From assembly GCA_963736005.1 (NCBI GenBank), contig CAVTNB010000001.1:1760001-1824000 (forward strand): a stretch of 64,000 bases of DNA, given 5' to 3'. The first letter of the stretch is position 1. The number at the start of each line of letters is the position of its first letter. Below the pieces are notes generated by a model. The model was not told where the DNA came from, did no database searches, and was given only the letters and a program-made list of their open reading frames with translations. Shown here in pieces: positions 63,657-64,000 of the stretch. This DNA comes from an uncultured Pseudomonadota bacterium (GTDB lineage Bacteria; Vulcanimicrobiota; Vulcanimicrobiia; Eremiobacterales; Eremiobacteraceae). The position numbers and the translations under genes were made by a program.

Positions 63657-64000
63657 AGCCGAGCGCGCACGCTGTCGCAGACGAACCCACGGCGAAAAAG
63701 GTTCGTGCCAAACCGAAATGTCGCCGCAACATGAGGACCTGGCGGACGTCCAAACACTGAGCCGCAATCATGAACGAGAGTTGGCTCTTGGGATGAGCAA
63801 AGAGCACGCGAGCGAGGATCGAGTCAGAACTGGAGCACGGAGACAAGACGGCCCCGAACGCAGCCGCAACGAGCCCGGAGGCGTTTGCCAGGTGGCGGTC
63901 ACCGACGCTGATGATGACGCTCGCCACGACCGCTGCCATCGAAAATGAGCCGAGGCTTGTGGCCAACGCGCTCGCGCAACGTTCCCAAAAGGAGTGCCGG
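63643..64000 (-). CDS. Predicted permease (DUF318/ArsP_1-like), C-terminal part
   Basis: LSPCSSSDSILA...FMIAAQCLDVRQ; typical partner of DUF1980. Truncated by the window. Confidence 0.6.
   Translation of the reverse strand, partial: RHSFWERCASALATSLGSFSMAAVVASVIISVGDRHLANASGLVAAAFGAVLSPCSSSDSILARVLFAHPKSQLSFMIAAQCLDVRQVLMLRRHFGLARTFFAVGSSATACALGYALV

Overview
GC-rich bacterial chromosome segment containing the replication origin. It carries the conserved origin block (gyrB-dciA-recF-dnaN-dnaA / rpmH-rnpA-yidD-yidC-khpB-mnmE-mnmG-rsmG ... parA-parB) next to tamB and bamA. The organism is therefore a diderm with a Firmicute-like origin gene order; Candidatus Eremiobacterota is plausible, but this is inference only. 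Further along are thiD, trpS, an mreBCD-mrdA cluster, maf, nadD-obgE-rpmA, an accessory block of exported hydrolases and two paralogous TonB-dependent-receptor-like genes, a CGNR regulator locus, and fabF-rnc-smc-purH. No rRNA, tRNA, CRISPR array or transposase was seen. The most notable observations are: (1) a free-standing, probably nuclease-dead single-motif LAGLIDADG gene whose start codon lies inside two tandem parS sites, between rsmG and cca-parAB; (2) L27 with a Prp-type N-terminal pro-peptide but no adjacent rplU or prp; (3) three exactly spaced TAAC-N19-GTT(A/T) sites over divergent promoters of a CGNR/ABATE regulator; (4) smc apparently starting at AUC; (5) several classes of GTAG-type REP hairpins, including a mixed triplet upstream of gyrB; (6) an unannotated 12-aa Lys/Ala peptide; (7) YidC with a C-terminal zinc ribbon; (8) a secreted GH57 pseudo-enzyme. 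Two single-base frameshifts (dnaN, M48-RDD) are most simply explained as assembly indels.
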